From sequence record MZ574432.2: a stretch of DNA of 64,000 nucleotides; one strand, 5' to 3'. Position 1 is the stretch's first letter. Every line of letters begins with the position of its first letter. Position numbers and translations under genes: made by a program. Below the pieces are notes generated by a model that saw only the letters and a list, made by a program, of their open reading frames with translations, was not told where the DNA came from and did no database searches. This document shows, piece after piece, positions 43,657 to 52,967 of this stretch.

Positions 43657-44481
43657 ATGACCCTCACCTACACCAAGGCGCTCGTCTGCGCCGCTGAGCA
43701 CGCGCTTGCCGAAGCCATGGCCACCAAGGCCATCTATCCCGGCAACGAGCACATGACCGCCGCCATGGGCGAGGAGTTTGGCGAGGTCTGTCAGGCCCTC
43801 CTCGACGCCAGCCGCGCCCCCAAGAGCGAGACCGCCCAGGCCAAGGTCTACGCCGAGGCCATGCAACTGGCCGCCATGGCCCTGCGCATCGCCATCGAAG
43901 GCAGCGCCGAATTCCCCTATGCCTTCAAGGACGACTACGCCGCCGCCTTCAAGCCGACGACGTCCAAGAAGTCCGCGCCGGCCGACAAGCCCAAGAAGGT
44001 CAAGGAGCAGGACAAGGCCCAGGCCGACGCCGAGGCCCTGAAGAAACTCTTCGACGAACTGCGCCGGTTCGAACAGGTCAAGAAGACCGAGCCCTGGGAA
44101 TATGACATCCGCTATGGCGCCGCACCAGCGCCCCGCGCCATGTGGGCCGGAGGTGGCTCGGGCACGCCGGGCGTCGGCCTGGGCGTCAGCAGCCAAGGCG
44201 CTGCGAGCGGAGGCCACTGCGTTGGTGGCGCGGGCGGAGCCTACAGCTACAACGGCGCCGCCGAAACCGACCGACTGGTCGCCGAGACCCTGGCCAAGGC
44301 TAAGGCAGCCGCCGCCGTCAGCAAGAAGATCGCCGCCAAGACCGACGGAGCCTTGACCGTCGACAAGGACCCCGCCCCGCCGACGGGTGACGACGCCCTG
44401 TCGGCCACGCTCGACATCATCGGCGGCCTTTTCGGCGCGATCGCCGACAACATCCCCGATCTGGACATCGACTTCTCGTGA
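43657..44481 (+). CDS. MazG-like nucleotide pyrophosphohydrolase domain + low-complexity C-terminus
   Basis: EEFGEV..EAMQLAAMALR motif. Confidence 0.65.
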   Translation: MTLTYTKALVCAAEHALAEAMATKAIYPGNEHMTAAMGEEFGEVCQALLDASRAPKSETAQAKVYAEAMQLAAMALRIAIEGSAEFPYAFKDDYAAAFKPTTSKKSAPADKPKKVKEQDKAQADAEALKKLFDELRRFEQVKKTEPWEYDIRYGAAPAPRAMWAGGGSGTPGVGLGVSSQGAASGGHCVGGAGGAYSYNGAAETDRLVAETLAKAKAAAAVSKKIAAKTDGALTVDKDPAPPTGDDALSATLDIIGGLFGAIADNIPDLDIDFS

Positions 44482-44654
44482 CCGAGCGCCCCACCATCCA
44501 AGTCCTGGCCATGCACGAGGACGAGCACGCCGTCTTCGTCCCCACGCCCGAGCAGGCCGCCGCGATCGCCAACGGCTCCTTGCGCATCGGCATCATCCGC
44601 TACGCGCCCAACCCCGACTATGTGCCGCCCGCCGGCCAGGACGCCGCCCCGTGA
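44478..44654 (+). CDS. hypothetical protein (58 aa)
   Basis: GTGA-coupled at both ends. Confidence 0.6.
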   Translation: MTERPTIQVLAMHEDEHAVFVPTPEQAAAIANGSLRIGIIRYAPNPDYVPPAGQDAAP

Positions 44655-45970
44655 TCTCCATCACCATCGACAAGATCGCCCAGGAGCTTTCCCTGGACGA
44701 GACCGCCTCGGTCCCCGCCCGCTTCCTGGCCAACGCCATCCTGCTGCGCGCGATCGAGGACGACGACCTGCGCGCCGAGCATGAAGCGCTCGAACGCGTC
44801 GTCGAGAGCCTGCGCGACAAGCTCGAAGACGCCGAGCGCAAGATCGATCGCGCTTTCGAAACCGGCCGCGACGCGGTCATGGTCACCACCCAGATCGAGC
44901 GCGCCAAGCAGCGCGAACTGCTCGACGAGATCGGCGACCTGAAAGCCAAGCTCGTCGTCGGCGATCCCGACCTGATCGCCAAGCTGCGTCGCGACATCCG
45001 CGACTACCAGACCCGCGAAACCCGCGCCGACACCAAGCTGGCCGAGTTCCGCGACAACAACATCGGCCTCTTGAAGGACCGCGAGGCGCTCGTCGAGGAA
45101 AACGACGCCCTGGTCGAGGAACTGAGGCTCGCCGACGAAGCGCGTGGCGCGGCCGAGGAACTGAGCCATGGTCTCTTGGCGCGCGCCCGCGCCGCCGAGG
45201 ACGCCCACGATGCGCTCCAGGAGGCGCTGAAGAAGGCGCAAGGCGAGATCGCCACCGCCAGGGTCCGCTACGACGACCTGCTCAAGTCCAGGGCCAACCT
45301 CCAGAGCCGCGTCGACAACGCCCTCCAGGCCCAGGAAGACGGCGAGCGCGAGCGCCGCATCATGCTGGCCAATCAGCGTGACATCGAAGCGCGCATGAAC
45401 CAGTACAAGCGCGTCGCCGAGAAGCTCGAACAGACCGCCGACGTGGCCTATGTCGACAAGCTGATCCGCGAGAACGAAAAGCTCACCGCGCGCGACCGCG
45501 AACTGTCCACGACCCTGTTCGACCGCGATCGCACCATCGCCGAACTCAAGGCCCGGCTCAACGAGCCCGAAAATCGCCCCGCCAAGGACCTGATCGACAC
45601 GATCAACGCCCAGGCCAAGCGAATGGGCGAGCTTGAGGCCAAGCTGGCCCGTGGCGATGGCTTCGAGGCCGCCAGCATCGAGCGCACCACCGCCGAGGTC
45701 CCCGTCCTGGTCGCCTGCGAGAGCGAAGTCGACCTCCTGAGCCTGCGCAACAGCTTCTGGCGCACCTCCCTGGCCGGCCATCTGGTCTTCCGCGTCATCG
45801 GCCACGACGAAGTGCCCGATCACCCGCTCGGCGGCATCATCGTCATGCCCGAGCAGGCCAAGCGCCTCAAGCGCGCCGCCGCCAAGGGCCAGGACCGCAA
45901 CGAATGGCTGGCCAAGGCCCAAGCCCAACTCGTCGACGGCGCCGTGCAAGTCACGATCGCCAAGAACTAG
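44651..45970 (+). CDS. long coiled-coil protein (439 aa)
   Basis: Heptad-rich in E/R/A/L; GTGA coupling. Confidence 0.8.
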   Translation: MISITIDKIAQELSLDETASVPARFLANAILLRAIEDDDLRAEHEALERVVESLRDKLEDAERKIDRAFETGRDAVMVTTQIERAKQRELLDEIGDLKAKLVVGDPDLIAKLRRDIRDYQTRETRADTKLAEFRDNNIGLLKDREALVEENDALVEELRLADEARGAAEELSHGLLARARAAEDAHDALQEALKKAQGEIATARVRYDDLLKSRANLQSRVDNALQAQEDGERERRIMLANQRDIEARMNQYKRVAEKLEQTADVAYVDKLIRENEKLTARDRELSTTLFDRDRTIAELKARLNEPENRPAKDLIDTINAQAKRMGELEAKLARGDGFEAASIERTTAEVPVLVACESEVDLLSLRNSFWRTSLAGHLVFRVIGHDEVPDHPLGGIIVMPEQAKRLKRAAAKGQDRNEWLAKAQAQLVDGAVQVTIAKN

Positions 45971-45985
45971 AAAAGAAAGACGCCG

Positions 45986-46186
45986 ATGACCTCTCCGACC
46001 CTCTCCCTGACCGTCTCGGGCGCCCGCAGCGCCGGCAAGACCGTCCTGATCCGCAAGATCGCCCAGTTCCTGCGCGAGCAGGGCTACACCGTCGACACCG
46101 AGCGCCTGCCGCGTGGGACCGACTACGCCTTCGACGGCGTCAAGGCCGACGGCCGCGCCGTCACCCTGTTCGAAGGCGGCCTCTGA
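45986..46186 (+). CDS. small protein with a P-loop-like motif (66 aa)
   Basis: GARSAGKT. Confidence 0.65.
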   Translation: MTSPTLSLTVSGARSAGKTVLIRKIAQFLREQGYTVDTERLPRGTDYAFDGVKADGRAVTLFEGGL

Positions 46187-46536
46187 TGGGACGCTATCGC
46201 AAGACCACGGTGATCGATGCGGTCCAGTACATCGCCGGCGAGACCCTGCCCGACGGCGTCCACGTTTCTCCCGACGGCGTGGCCTTCCTGATCACCCTCC
46301 AGGGCTCGACCATCGTCTATTCGGGCGACTGGGTCTGCACCGGGCCGGGCGATCAGCAGTGGGTGGTGCGCAAGGCCGTCTTCGCCGCCAACTACGAGCA
46401 AGTTCCCGACGAGCCGGCCGCCGGCGTCCCCATCGACGAGGTCCGCGACGACCTGCGTTACGCCGATCCGCTCGCCTGGGCGATCGCCAACCGTCCTGGC
46501 CTGATCATCGGCCGCGACCCCATTCCGCACGGCTGA
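46186..46536 (+). CDS. PGDYG-like domain protein (116 aa)
   Basis: Y.K...I.AVQ..GDWV..GPG..W.V....F...YE pattern. Confidence 0.65.
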   Translation: MGRYRKTTVIDAVQYIAGETLPDGVHVSPDGVAFLITLQGSTIVYSGDWVCTGPGDQQWVVRKAVFAANYEQVPDEPAAGVPIDEVRDDLRYADPLAWAIANRPGLIIGRDPIPHG

Positions 46537-46539
46537 TCC

Positions 46540-46932
46540 ATGACCCTTCCCGACCCGACCAATGTCGGCCAGATGCAGATCACCGCTGCCCTGGAAGGCT
46601 ATAACCCCAACGACCACTATCCGCCCAAGGGCACGCCCAACACCTGCCTGATCCTGGCCCTGACGTGCGACAACTTCACCGTCCTGGGACACACCGGCCG
46701 CTATCTGCATGCCATGATCAACTGCGCCGGCTTCAACGGCGAGGAACTGGGCCTGGAGAACGTCCCCGACGAGCCCGGCTACTGGGTCTGCGAGAACGGC
46801 GACGTCAACGCCGGCACCGACAGCTTCACCGGCGAGGGCTATGCGGAGATGTATGGCGATTGGCGTCGCGCCCGCCTGAGCGACTTTGCGCGCTTTGAGG
46901 TCGACATGCCGCTGGACCTCTCGGAGGCCTGA
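46540..46932 (+). CDS. hypothetical protein (130 aa)
   Basis: ORF in the operon. Confidence 0.75.
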   Translation: MTLPDPTNVGQMQITAALEGYNPNDHYPPKGTPNTCLILALTCDNFTVLGHTGRYLHAMINCAGFNGEELGLENVPDEPGYWVCENGDVNAGTDSFTGEGYAEMYGDWRRARLSDFARFEVDMPLDLSEA

Positions 46933-47201
46933 TGGGCTACGCCTACCGCTATCGCACCACCCGCGCGATCCCGCAACGCAAGCCCTCCTCGGCCAACTTC
47001 CATCGCTACAAGCCCCAGGCGAGCAAGCCGCCGGCCGCCAAGCTGAGCGTGACCAAACCTCCGATGCGGCCCAAGCGCCCCAGCCCCGTCATCGAAGGCG
47101 GCTTGAACCTGTCGCCGGTCTGGACCCGCATCGCCGAGATCGCCGGCTCCGCCCTGGGCGGCTGGCTGGGCGTCTGGGCCTATCACGCGGTGTTTGGATG
47201 A
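46932..47201 (+). CDS. basic protein with a C-terminal transmembrane helix (89 aa)
   Basis: Coupled ORF. Confidence 0.65.
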   Translation: MGYAYRYRTTRAIPQRKPSSANFHRYKPQASKPPAAKLSVTKPPMRPKRPSPVIEGGLNLSPVWTRIAEIAGSALGGWLGVWAYHAVFG

Positions 47202-47512
47202 GCAGCTATTCCGACTACGCCGCCTATCGCGAGAAGGAATTGCGGCTGGCCAAGCTGGTCGGCGGTGAAAGCGAACTGAGGCGCCTGCTCCAGGAGGGTC
47301 GCCGCATAGGCCCTGGCGCCATTCTTCGCCGCGATCCCTACACCCACAAATACCACTACGCCCATCCTGGCTCCTCGGTCCAGAAGCCGGCCAAGCCCCG
47401 AGGCCTGTCGGTCGCCAAGCCTCCCGCTCCCAAGCCACCCGCGCCCCAACCGCCGCCTCGGCGAACCTTTCTGCAATCACTACGGGAATTCCTCCTCTAT
47501 CTCTCCACCTAA
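47198..47512 (+). CDS. basic, Pro-rich protein (104 aa)
   Basis: ATGA coupling; followed by AAAGCCGCC-TTCG-GGCGGCTTTTT. Confidence 0.65.
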   Translation: MSSYSDYAAYREKELRLAKLVGGESELRRLLQEGRRIGPGAILRRDPYTHKYHYAHPGSSVQKPAKPRGLSVAKPPAPKPPAPQPPPRRTFLQSLREFLLYLST

Positions 47513-47537
47513 AGCCGCCTTCGGGCGGCTTTTTCGT
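47511..47537 (+). terminator. intrinsic terminator
   Basis: AAAGCCGCC-TTCG-GGCGGCTTTTT. Confidence 0.8.
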
Positions 47538-47617
47538 GACGCGTCCATTTTCTTGGTGCTGTTTTTCTTGACGCATGACGTGATCCATGACACGACATGG
47601 TTAATCACGAGGTTCAC

Positions 47618-48331
47618 ATGAACGCCCTCCTCTCCCAAGACGAAATCGACGGCCTCTTCGACGACGAACCGGCCGTCTACACCCTCACCGGCGTCACTCA
47701 CGTGCCGACCCTCAAGCCGGGCGTCTACCAGACCGGCTACGAGACCACCGCCAACATGAACTACGCCCCCGGCGTCTCCCAGACCGAGATCAGCACCCTG
47801 ACCGTGCCGGGCATCCACACCACCGCCCGCTATCTGAGCGCCACGGTCCCGACCGACGCGCTGCTGCATGGCGTCGGCGACACCATGGTCGGCGCGCCGA
47901 TCTTCTCGGACGTGTTCGTCATCGACGAGGCGGCGCCGCTGCTGTCGCGCGATCTGGTCGCCAGCCTGGGCCTGGAAGGCTACTATGGCGACATCGCTCC
48001 GCTGCAAGCCCCCGGCCCTGGCCGCGTGATCGATGGCGGCGACGTCACCTTCACCGTCAACACCTTCTCCTGGCCCAAGGCCGCGCCCCTGGCCGGCGAC
48101 CTGGACGATGAGGAGGAATTCTTCCTCGACGAAAGCCCCGACGGCTTTAGCTGGTGCCTGATCCCCGACGCCAAGCGCACCGCCTGGAACGCCTTCTGCG
48201 CCGGCTTCGAAGCCACTGCCTTCGACGATCCCGATGATCCGCCGTCGGCGCATCTGCCCGACTGGGTCAAGGTCATTGAAGGCCACCCGCGCTGGACCGT
48301 CTTCAAGCGCCCCCGCCAGAAGTTCTCGTAA
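47618..48331 (+). CDS. hypothetical protein with an N-terminal FliM-like motif (237 aa)
   Basis: GAGG SD; begins MNALLSQDEIDGLF. Confidence 0.75.
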   Translation: MNALLSQDEIDGLFDDEPAVYTLTGVTHVPTLKPGVYQTGYETTANMNYAPGVSQTEISTLTVPGIHTTARYLSATVPTDALLHGVGDTMVGAPIFSDVFVIDEAAPLLSRDLVASLGLEGYYGDIAPLQAPGPGRVIDGGDVTFTVNTFSWPKAAPLAGDLDDEEEFFLDESPDGFSWCLIPDAKRTAWNAFCAGFEATAFDDPDDPPSAHLPDWVKVIEGHPRWTVFKRPRQKFS

Positions 48332-48353
48332 CCCCCGCGTCCGAGTAGCCGAC

Positions 48354-48635
48354 ATGACCACGACCGCCAAGACCGTCGATCAGTTCGCCGCCAACGAGCG
48401 TGAAAAGATCGCCGACCAACTCAACCCCTTCGCCCGCGAGCGCTTCCTGGCCGGAAAGCTGCCGCTGGACGTCATCGAATACCGTGGCGAGGGCGTGCGC
48501 TCGATGGAACGCGCCATCGCCGCCAAGCGCCGCAACGGCCAGAGCGTCACCAAGGACGAACTGGAAGAACTGGCCTTCGTCAAGAAGTGGACGGCCGATC
48601 CGATCATCGTCATCCCCACCGATCTGGCGGCCTGA
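48354..48635 (+). CDS. hypothetical protein (93 aa)
   Basis: Start MTTTAKT. Confidence 0.7.
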   Translation: MTTTAKTVDQFAANEREKIADQLNPFARERFLAGKLPLDVIEYRGEGVRSMERAIAAKRRNGQSVTKDELEELAFVKKWTADPIIVIPTDLAA

Positions 48636-48853
48636 TGATCCCGTACGATCTTCGCCAGCAGCATGACGAGTGGGGCAACAGCCCCGCCCTGCTGTCGGCC
48701 GAGGATCGTGCGGCCCTCGACCTCGGCGCCTGGAAGCGGGCGGGTCATGAAACCCTCTGCCAGACCTGCGACCGCCCCTACTGGAAACACCCCGAGGTCA
48801 TCGGCGCCCTGTGGCTCCATCGCCTCTGCGACAACACCCTGGTGAAGCTATGA
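48635..48853 (+). CDS. small Cys/His protein (72 aa)
   Basis: CQTC..H..LC motif. Confidence 0.7.
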   Translation: MIPYDLRQQHDEWGNSPALLSAEDRAALDLGAWKRAGHETLCQTCDRPYWKHPEVIGALWLHRLCDNTLVKL

Positions 48854-49098
48854 GCAAGATCAACGGCCCCTTCTGGGCCATCACCTACAAGACCGAGAGC
48901 GGCGACGAGGGCTTCTACGGCGTCTTCAACGAGGAGCCGACCGACGAGCACTTCATGGCCATCGCCATGGAGGACTTTCCCGACGAGGTGATCGAGGAAG
49001 AGAACGACGAGGGCGAGACCATCCGCAGCCTCTACATCTACTTCCGCGCCCACGAGATCGAGAGCATCGTCGATCTGCCCGAACCGGTGGAGGTCTGA
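48850..49098 (+). CDS. acidic protein (82 aa)
   Basis: ATGA coupling. Confidence 0.7.
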   Translation: MSKINGPFWAITYKTESGDEGFYGVFNEEPTDEHFMAIAMEDFPDEVIEEENDEGETIRSLYIYFRAHEIESIVDLPEPVEV

Positions 49099-49100
49099 TC

Positions 49101-49406
49101 ATGGCCCTCATCCAAGCCTCCGAGGCCCTGCGACTGGTGGCCGGAACCACCGCCGACGAACTGCTCGAAAAGCTGAACGCCGAGATCACCAGCGCCGCCA
49201 AGGCCGGCCGCCGCGCGATCACCATCGGCCAGAGCTTGGTCCGCCAGACCCTGATCGACGATCACGTCAACGGCAAGAGCAAGCCCGGCGATCTGCTGGT
49301 GGTGATCGAAAACCGCCTCAACGCCGCCGGCTACACCCTGACCAAGAACAAGGGCTACTCCGATCCGCGCGAGTACCAGTCGCCCTACCTGTCCGTGACG
49401 TGGTGA
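49101..49406 (+). CDS. hypothetical protein (101 aa)
   Basis: GGAGG SD. Confidence 0.75.
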   Translation: MALIQASEALRLVAGTTADELLEKLNAEITSAAKAGRRAITIGQSLVRQTLIDDHVNGKSKPGDLLVVIENRLNAAGYTLTKNKGYSDPREYQSPYLSVTW

Positions 49407-49678
49407 GCATCATGCCCGAGCAAGCCATCATCTGTCTCGACGACGAGGCCCTCGACCAGGAGATCGCCGCCGCCGCCCAGGTGGAGACCTGCCCCTTCTG
49501 CTGCTCGACGCGCATCGAGGCGCCGATGGAAGGACACCCGTCCGGCTACGGCGCGATGATGCAGACCGGTCCGACCGTCTGCTTCGATTGCGAGGCCTAC
49601 GAGATGTCGCACTGGCGCGACTATCCCGAGGCCACGCCCGAGGAGAAGCAAAAGGGCTGGATCAGGGGCACGGTCTGA
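49400..49678 (+). CDS. zinc-ribbon protein (~92 aa)
   Basis: CPFC..CFDC. Confidence 0.7.
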   Translation: MVSIMPEQAIICLDDEALDQEIAAAAQVETCPFCCSTRIEAPMEGHPSGYGAMMQTGPTVCFDCEAYEMSHWRDYPEATPEEKQKGWIRGTV

Positions 49679-49950
49679 TGAGCGCGCCGCTGATGATCGA
49701 ATACAGCAACGCCCAGACGGGCTTGCGTGGCTTCATCTCGCCCGAGCATGTCATCCAGGCCTTCTGGAGCAACGGCCGGCGCTACATCGTCCTGGCCCAC
49801 GACAAGTCGGCCATGGAGATCGACCAAGCCCCTGACGTGATCGCCGCCCTACGGCGCGTCGCTCTGCGGGGGACGGGCGGGCAGCCTCAAGACTACGCGG
49901 TTCGTTGGGACGGCCGCGCTGGAAACATCCGGTTCGTCGGCCCTCAGTAG
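49678..49950 (+). CDS. hypothetical protein (90 aa)
   Basis: TGATG coupling. Confidence 0.7.
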   Translation: MSAPLMIEYSNAQTGLRGFISPEHVIQAFWSNGRRYIVLAHDKSAMEIDQAPDVIAALRRVALRGTGGQPQDYAVRWDGRAGNIRFVGPQ

Positions 49951-49970
49951 CTTTTTCGGAGTACCCTCGC

Positions 49971-50402
49971 GTGACCACCATCGTCTTCAAGGACGGCGTC
50001 GTCGCCGCTGACCGTCTCGTGACGGAACGCGGCGCCAGCCTTGGCTACAAGACCAAGATCGTCAAGAAAGGTGGGGCGATCGCGGCGGGCGCGGGCTCCT
50101 CTATCGTCTGCCGCCAGTTCACCGACTGGTTCCTGGCCGGCATGCGAGGCAACCCGCCGGCCATGCGCACCGATCCACAGCGCCCGGCCTCCGAGTGCGT
50201 CATCTATTTCGGCAAGGACCGCTTCGTCACCTTCGATGGTGACGGCGTCAGCGAAATCTTCGCCGACCACCACACCCTGGGCTCGGGGGCTCCGTTCGCG
50301 CGGGGCGCCCTGGCCGCCGGCGCTGATCCGCGTCGCGCCGTGGAGATCGCCATGCAGTTTGATCTCTACAGCGGCGGCGCGATCGACGTCCTTTCCCTCT
50401 GA
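49971..50402 (+). CDS. HslV/proteasome-beta-like Ntn-hydrolase peptidase
   Basis: GTG start giving (M)TTIVFKDGVVAAD; LGSGAPFARGAL; D.YSGG. Confidence 0.75.
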   Translation: MTTIVFKDGVVAADRLVTERGASLGYKTKIVKKGGAIAAGAGSSIVCRQFTDWFLAGMRGNPPAMRTDPQRPASECVIYFGKDRFVTFDGDGVSEIFADHHTLGSGAPFARGALAAGADPRRAVEIAMQFDLYSGGAIDVLSL

Positions 50403-50411
50403 GCCAAGCCC

Positions 50412-51200
50412 ATGTCCTCCTGCATCGTCTGCCGTCCCAAGCCCAAGGACGGAAAACCCGTCCCCAAGCTGAAGGCCTACAAGGTCCTGGAGGTCGACGA
50501 ACACACTGGTGGGATCGTCTTCGCCGCGCACCACGCCGTCGCCCGCCGGGCCGGCGCCAACGAATGGGGTGACGGCGAATGGGACTATGTCGAGTGCAGC
50601 CGCGCGCCGCAGTTCGACGCCATCGGTCCCGAGGGCATGAACGATCTGGTGCTGTGGCGCGATGGCTGGTGGTTTGAGTGCCACTGCGGCGCGCGGATCG
50701 ACGACAGCTTCCCCAAGCGGTCCAGCGACATGGTCTGGGACCCCGCAGAAGGGGACTTCGTCCAGCGCAAGCATCCGCTCAAGCGCCTCTACTGCGCGCC
50801 GGCCAGGGACGAGCCGGTCCTGCACAAGGGCTCGCTCTATTGCGACCCCTGGTGCGTGTTGACGCGCAAGGACTTCATGCTCCAGCGCGCCCAGGAAGCC
50901 CGTCTGGCCCTGACCATGGCGCGCCTGACGGGCAAGCTCGAAGGCTGCACCCACCTGTCGGGCCGCGCCTACCACGAGACCCTGTACGACGAGGACGAAG
51001 AGTTCATCGATCGCTATGGCCGCCCGCGCCGCCGGCGTCGGGAAGTCAAGGTCTACGAGGTCACGTTCAGATTTCCGGGGTCCAAGTTCAACGGCTCCTG
51101 GAAGCACACCGATCCGACCAAGGTCTATGTCAGCAAGACCGACATTGAGGCTTGGCACAAGTTCGAGGAGACGCGCCGTGCCGCGAGTTCAACTGGATGA
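50412..51200 (+). CDS. Cys-rich hypothetical protein (262 aa)
   Basis: WWFEC.CG and YCDPWC motifs. Confidence 0.75.
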   Translation: MSSCIVCRPKPKDGKPVPKLKAYKVLEVDEHTGGIVFAAHHAVARRAGANEWGDGEWDYVECSRAPQFDAIGPEGMNDLVLWRDGWWFECHCGARIDDSFPKRSSDMVWDPAEGDFVQRKHPLKRLYCAPARDEPVLHKGSLYCDPWCVLTRKDFMLQRAQEARLALTMARLTGKLEGCTHLSGRAYHETLYDEDEEFIDRYGRPRRRRREVKVYEVTFRFPGSKFNGSWKHTDPTKVYVSKTDIEAWHKFEETRRAASSTG

Positions 51201-51789
51201 CTATGACGACGAAGAAGACGACCTGAGCTACGGCGGCGCGGTCCGCCCGCTCAAGCCCAAGTTCTCCAAGATCAAGGACGGCTCCAAGCGCCGCAACTAC
51301 GAGAAGTACGTCAAGCGCGAATTCGAGATCAAGAACATCGCTCCGATCTGCATCGAGTGCGGCTCCCTGGCCAAGCTCACCAGTGGCGCGATCGCCTTCC
51401 CCCGCCGACCCGAGTTCCACCGCGAGCAGGCCTATCTCTGCGACTGCGGCGCACGGGTCCGCTGCCACCCCGGCACCACCATCGCCCAAGGCTTCCCGGC
51501 CAAGCACCGGGTCTCCGAGGCGCGCTGGAGCGCCCACAACGCCTTCGACGCCCTGTGGCGCGATGGTCCCTTCACCCGGTTCCTGAACGCCCGCTCTCGC
51601 GCCTATGCGTGGCTGGCCGAGGAACTGGAGATGGACATCGAAGACTGCCACTTCGGCATGTTCGATCTCAACACCTGCCGCCGGGCGACCACCCTGTGTG
51701 AGACCCTGGCCCGAACCGGAACCGTGTCATGGCCGATTGGCGCCGCACCCGCTACGTCGACGACATCCTCAAGCGCCTGGAGACCATGA
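51178..51789 (+). CDS. DUF3268-like zinc-finger protein
   Basis: CIECG..YLCDCGA.V.CHPGT..AH.AFD.LW..AY.WLA..CH.GMFD pattern; GTG start after GAGGAG. Confidence 0.75.
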   Translation: MPRVQLDDYDDEEDDLSYGGAVRPLKPKFSKIKDGSKRRNYEKYVKREFEIKNIAPICIECGSLAKLTSGAIAFPRRPEFHREQAYLCDCGARVRCHPGTTIAQGFPAKHRVSEARWSAHNAFDALWRDGPFTRFLNARSRAYAWLAEELEMDIEDCHFGMFDLNTCRRATTLCETLARTGTVSWPIGAAPATSTTSSSAWRP

Positions 51790-51929
51790 CCATCCGCGAG
51801 ATCGCCGAGGCGATCGACGATCTCGAAGTCAAGGTCGAGGACCTGGAGTCCGAGGTCGTCCGGCAGGCCAACGAGATCGACGACTACCACTACCAGACGT
51901 CGATGGGAGACAGCGATGCGTCGGACTGA
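51729..51929 (+). CDS. small coiled-coil protein (66 aa)
   Basis: ORF. Confidence 0.6.
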   Translation: MADWRRTRYVDDILKRLETMTIREIAEAIDDLEVKVEDLESEVVRQANEIDDYHYQTSMGDSDASD

Positions 51930-52242
51930 CCGCGAGATCAAACCCACCGACCTCTTCCCGTCGGCGTTCACCGGCGGCCTCAACCGCTACCTGCCGATCA
52001 GCATGGCCTCCTACGACTATGACGGGCCAGCGCCCGACGAAGCCGTGGTCAAGGTCGAGCGCGAGCAGCACTACAAGATCAAGGTCTGGATCGACGACCT
52101 CGTCGACAAGACCAACGATGTCATCTGGGTCCGATGCCTGGGTGATCAGGTCCTTCAGGACCATCCATGGCTTCTGCTGCGTTTCACCAACCACGCACAC
52201 CGAAGCAAATTCCTCAACGATTTCAAGGAGTACCTCTGTTGA
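51916..52242 (+). CDS. hypothetical protein (108 aa)
   Basis: GGGAG SD. Confidence 0.7.
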   Translation: MRRTDREIKPTDLFPSAFTGGLNRYLPISMASYDYDGPAPDEAVVKVEREQHYKIKVWIDDLVDKTNDVIWVRCLGDQVLQDHPWLLLRFTNHAHRSKFLNDFKEYLC

Positions 52243-52439
52243 GCAAGATCATCTCTTTCCAGGACGTGACCAACGAACTGGGCAACCGCATTTCGCTGAA
52301 GGTGCTGTTGAACGACGACGCCACCCTGACGATCGAGATCACCGGTCCCGACAGCCAGTCGACCAACACCCTGACGCCGACCGAGTTCAAGGCCCTGGCC
52401 GGCGTGCTGCGCACCGCCCTGCCCAGCATCACCTTCTAG
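52239..52439 (+). CDS. hypothetical protein (66 aa)
   Basis: TTG start after AAGGAG, TTGA overlap. Confidence 0.65.
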   Translation: MSKIISFQDVTNELGNRISLKVLLNDDATLTIEITGPDSQSTNTLTPTEFKALAGVLRTALPSITF

Positions 52440-52451
52440 GGCGCTCCAGCC

Positions 52452-52967
52452 ATGACGTCGCAGATCAGCACTGAACGGATCGCTCAGATCATGCGCGAGC
52501 AGACCCTGCGGCGTCTGGCCTTGGAAAACCCCTGCCGTCCGTGTGGCGCCCTTGGTCGTGTCAAGATCGACGACACCGAGGACGCCGACGGCTACTACGA
52601 GACCAAGGACTGCGAGCACTGCAAGGGCCGAGGCTGGTTCAAAAAGACGCTGGACGAGGTCATGGCCATGCGCTTTGGCCCCGAGTGGCCGACCCGCCTG
52701 ACCCTAGAGCAGAAGCTTCGGGCCTTGGAGAACCGCTTCTACAACCGAGCGACCTGGGAGCCCAAACCCGGCGATCTCTACACCACCAGCCGCGCCGATT
52801 TGGAGCTTTACGAGGTCGTCGATGTTGCCGACGGACATATTTGCACACGCTACCGGACGCAACCGGACGGGGCGATCTCGCGGTGGCCGGCGGAAGAGTT
52901 CCTCGCCGAGCACACCTTCGGACACGCAAGGACCCACGTACCCAATTGGGTCATCGCCTTTTCCTAG
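52452..52967 (+). CDS. zinc-finger-containing hypothetical protein (171 aa)
   Basis: DnaJ-like CxxCxxxG twice. Confidence 0.7.
   Translation: MTSQISTERIAQIMREQTLRRLALENPCRPCGALGRVKIDDTEDADGYYETKDCEHCKGRGWFKKTLDEVMAMRFGPEWPTRLTLEQKLRALENRFYNRATWEPKPGDLYTTSRADLELYEVVDVADGHICTRYRTQPDGAISRWPAEEFLAEHTFGHARTHVPNWVIAFS

Noticed and set aside
45986-46186. functional NTPase
   Set aside because: A Walker A-like GARSAGKT is present, but 66 aa is too short for a complete P-loop fold; left as hypothetical.
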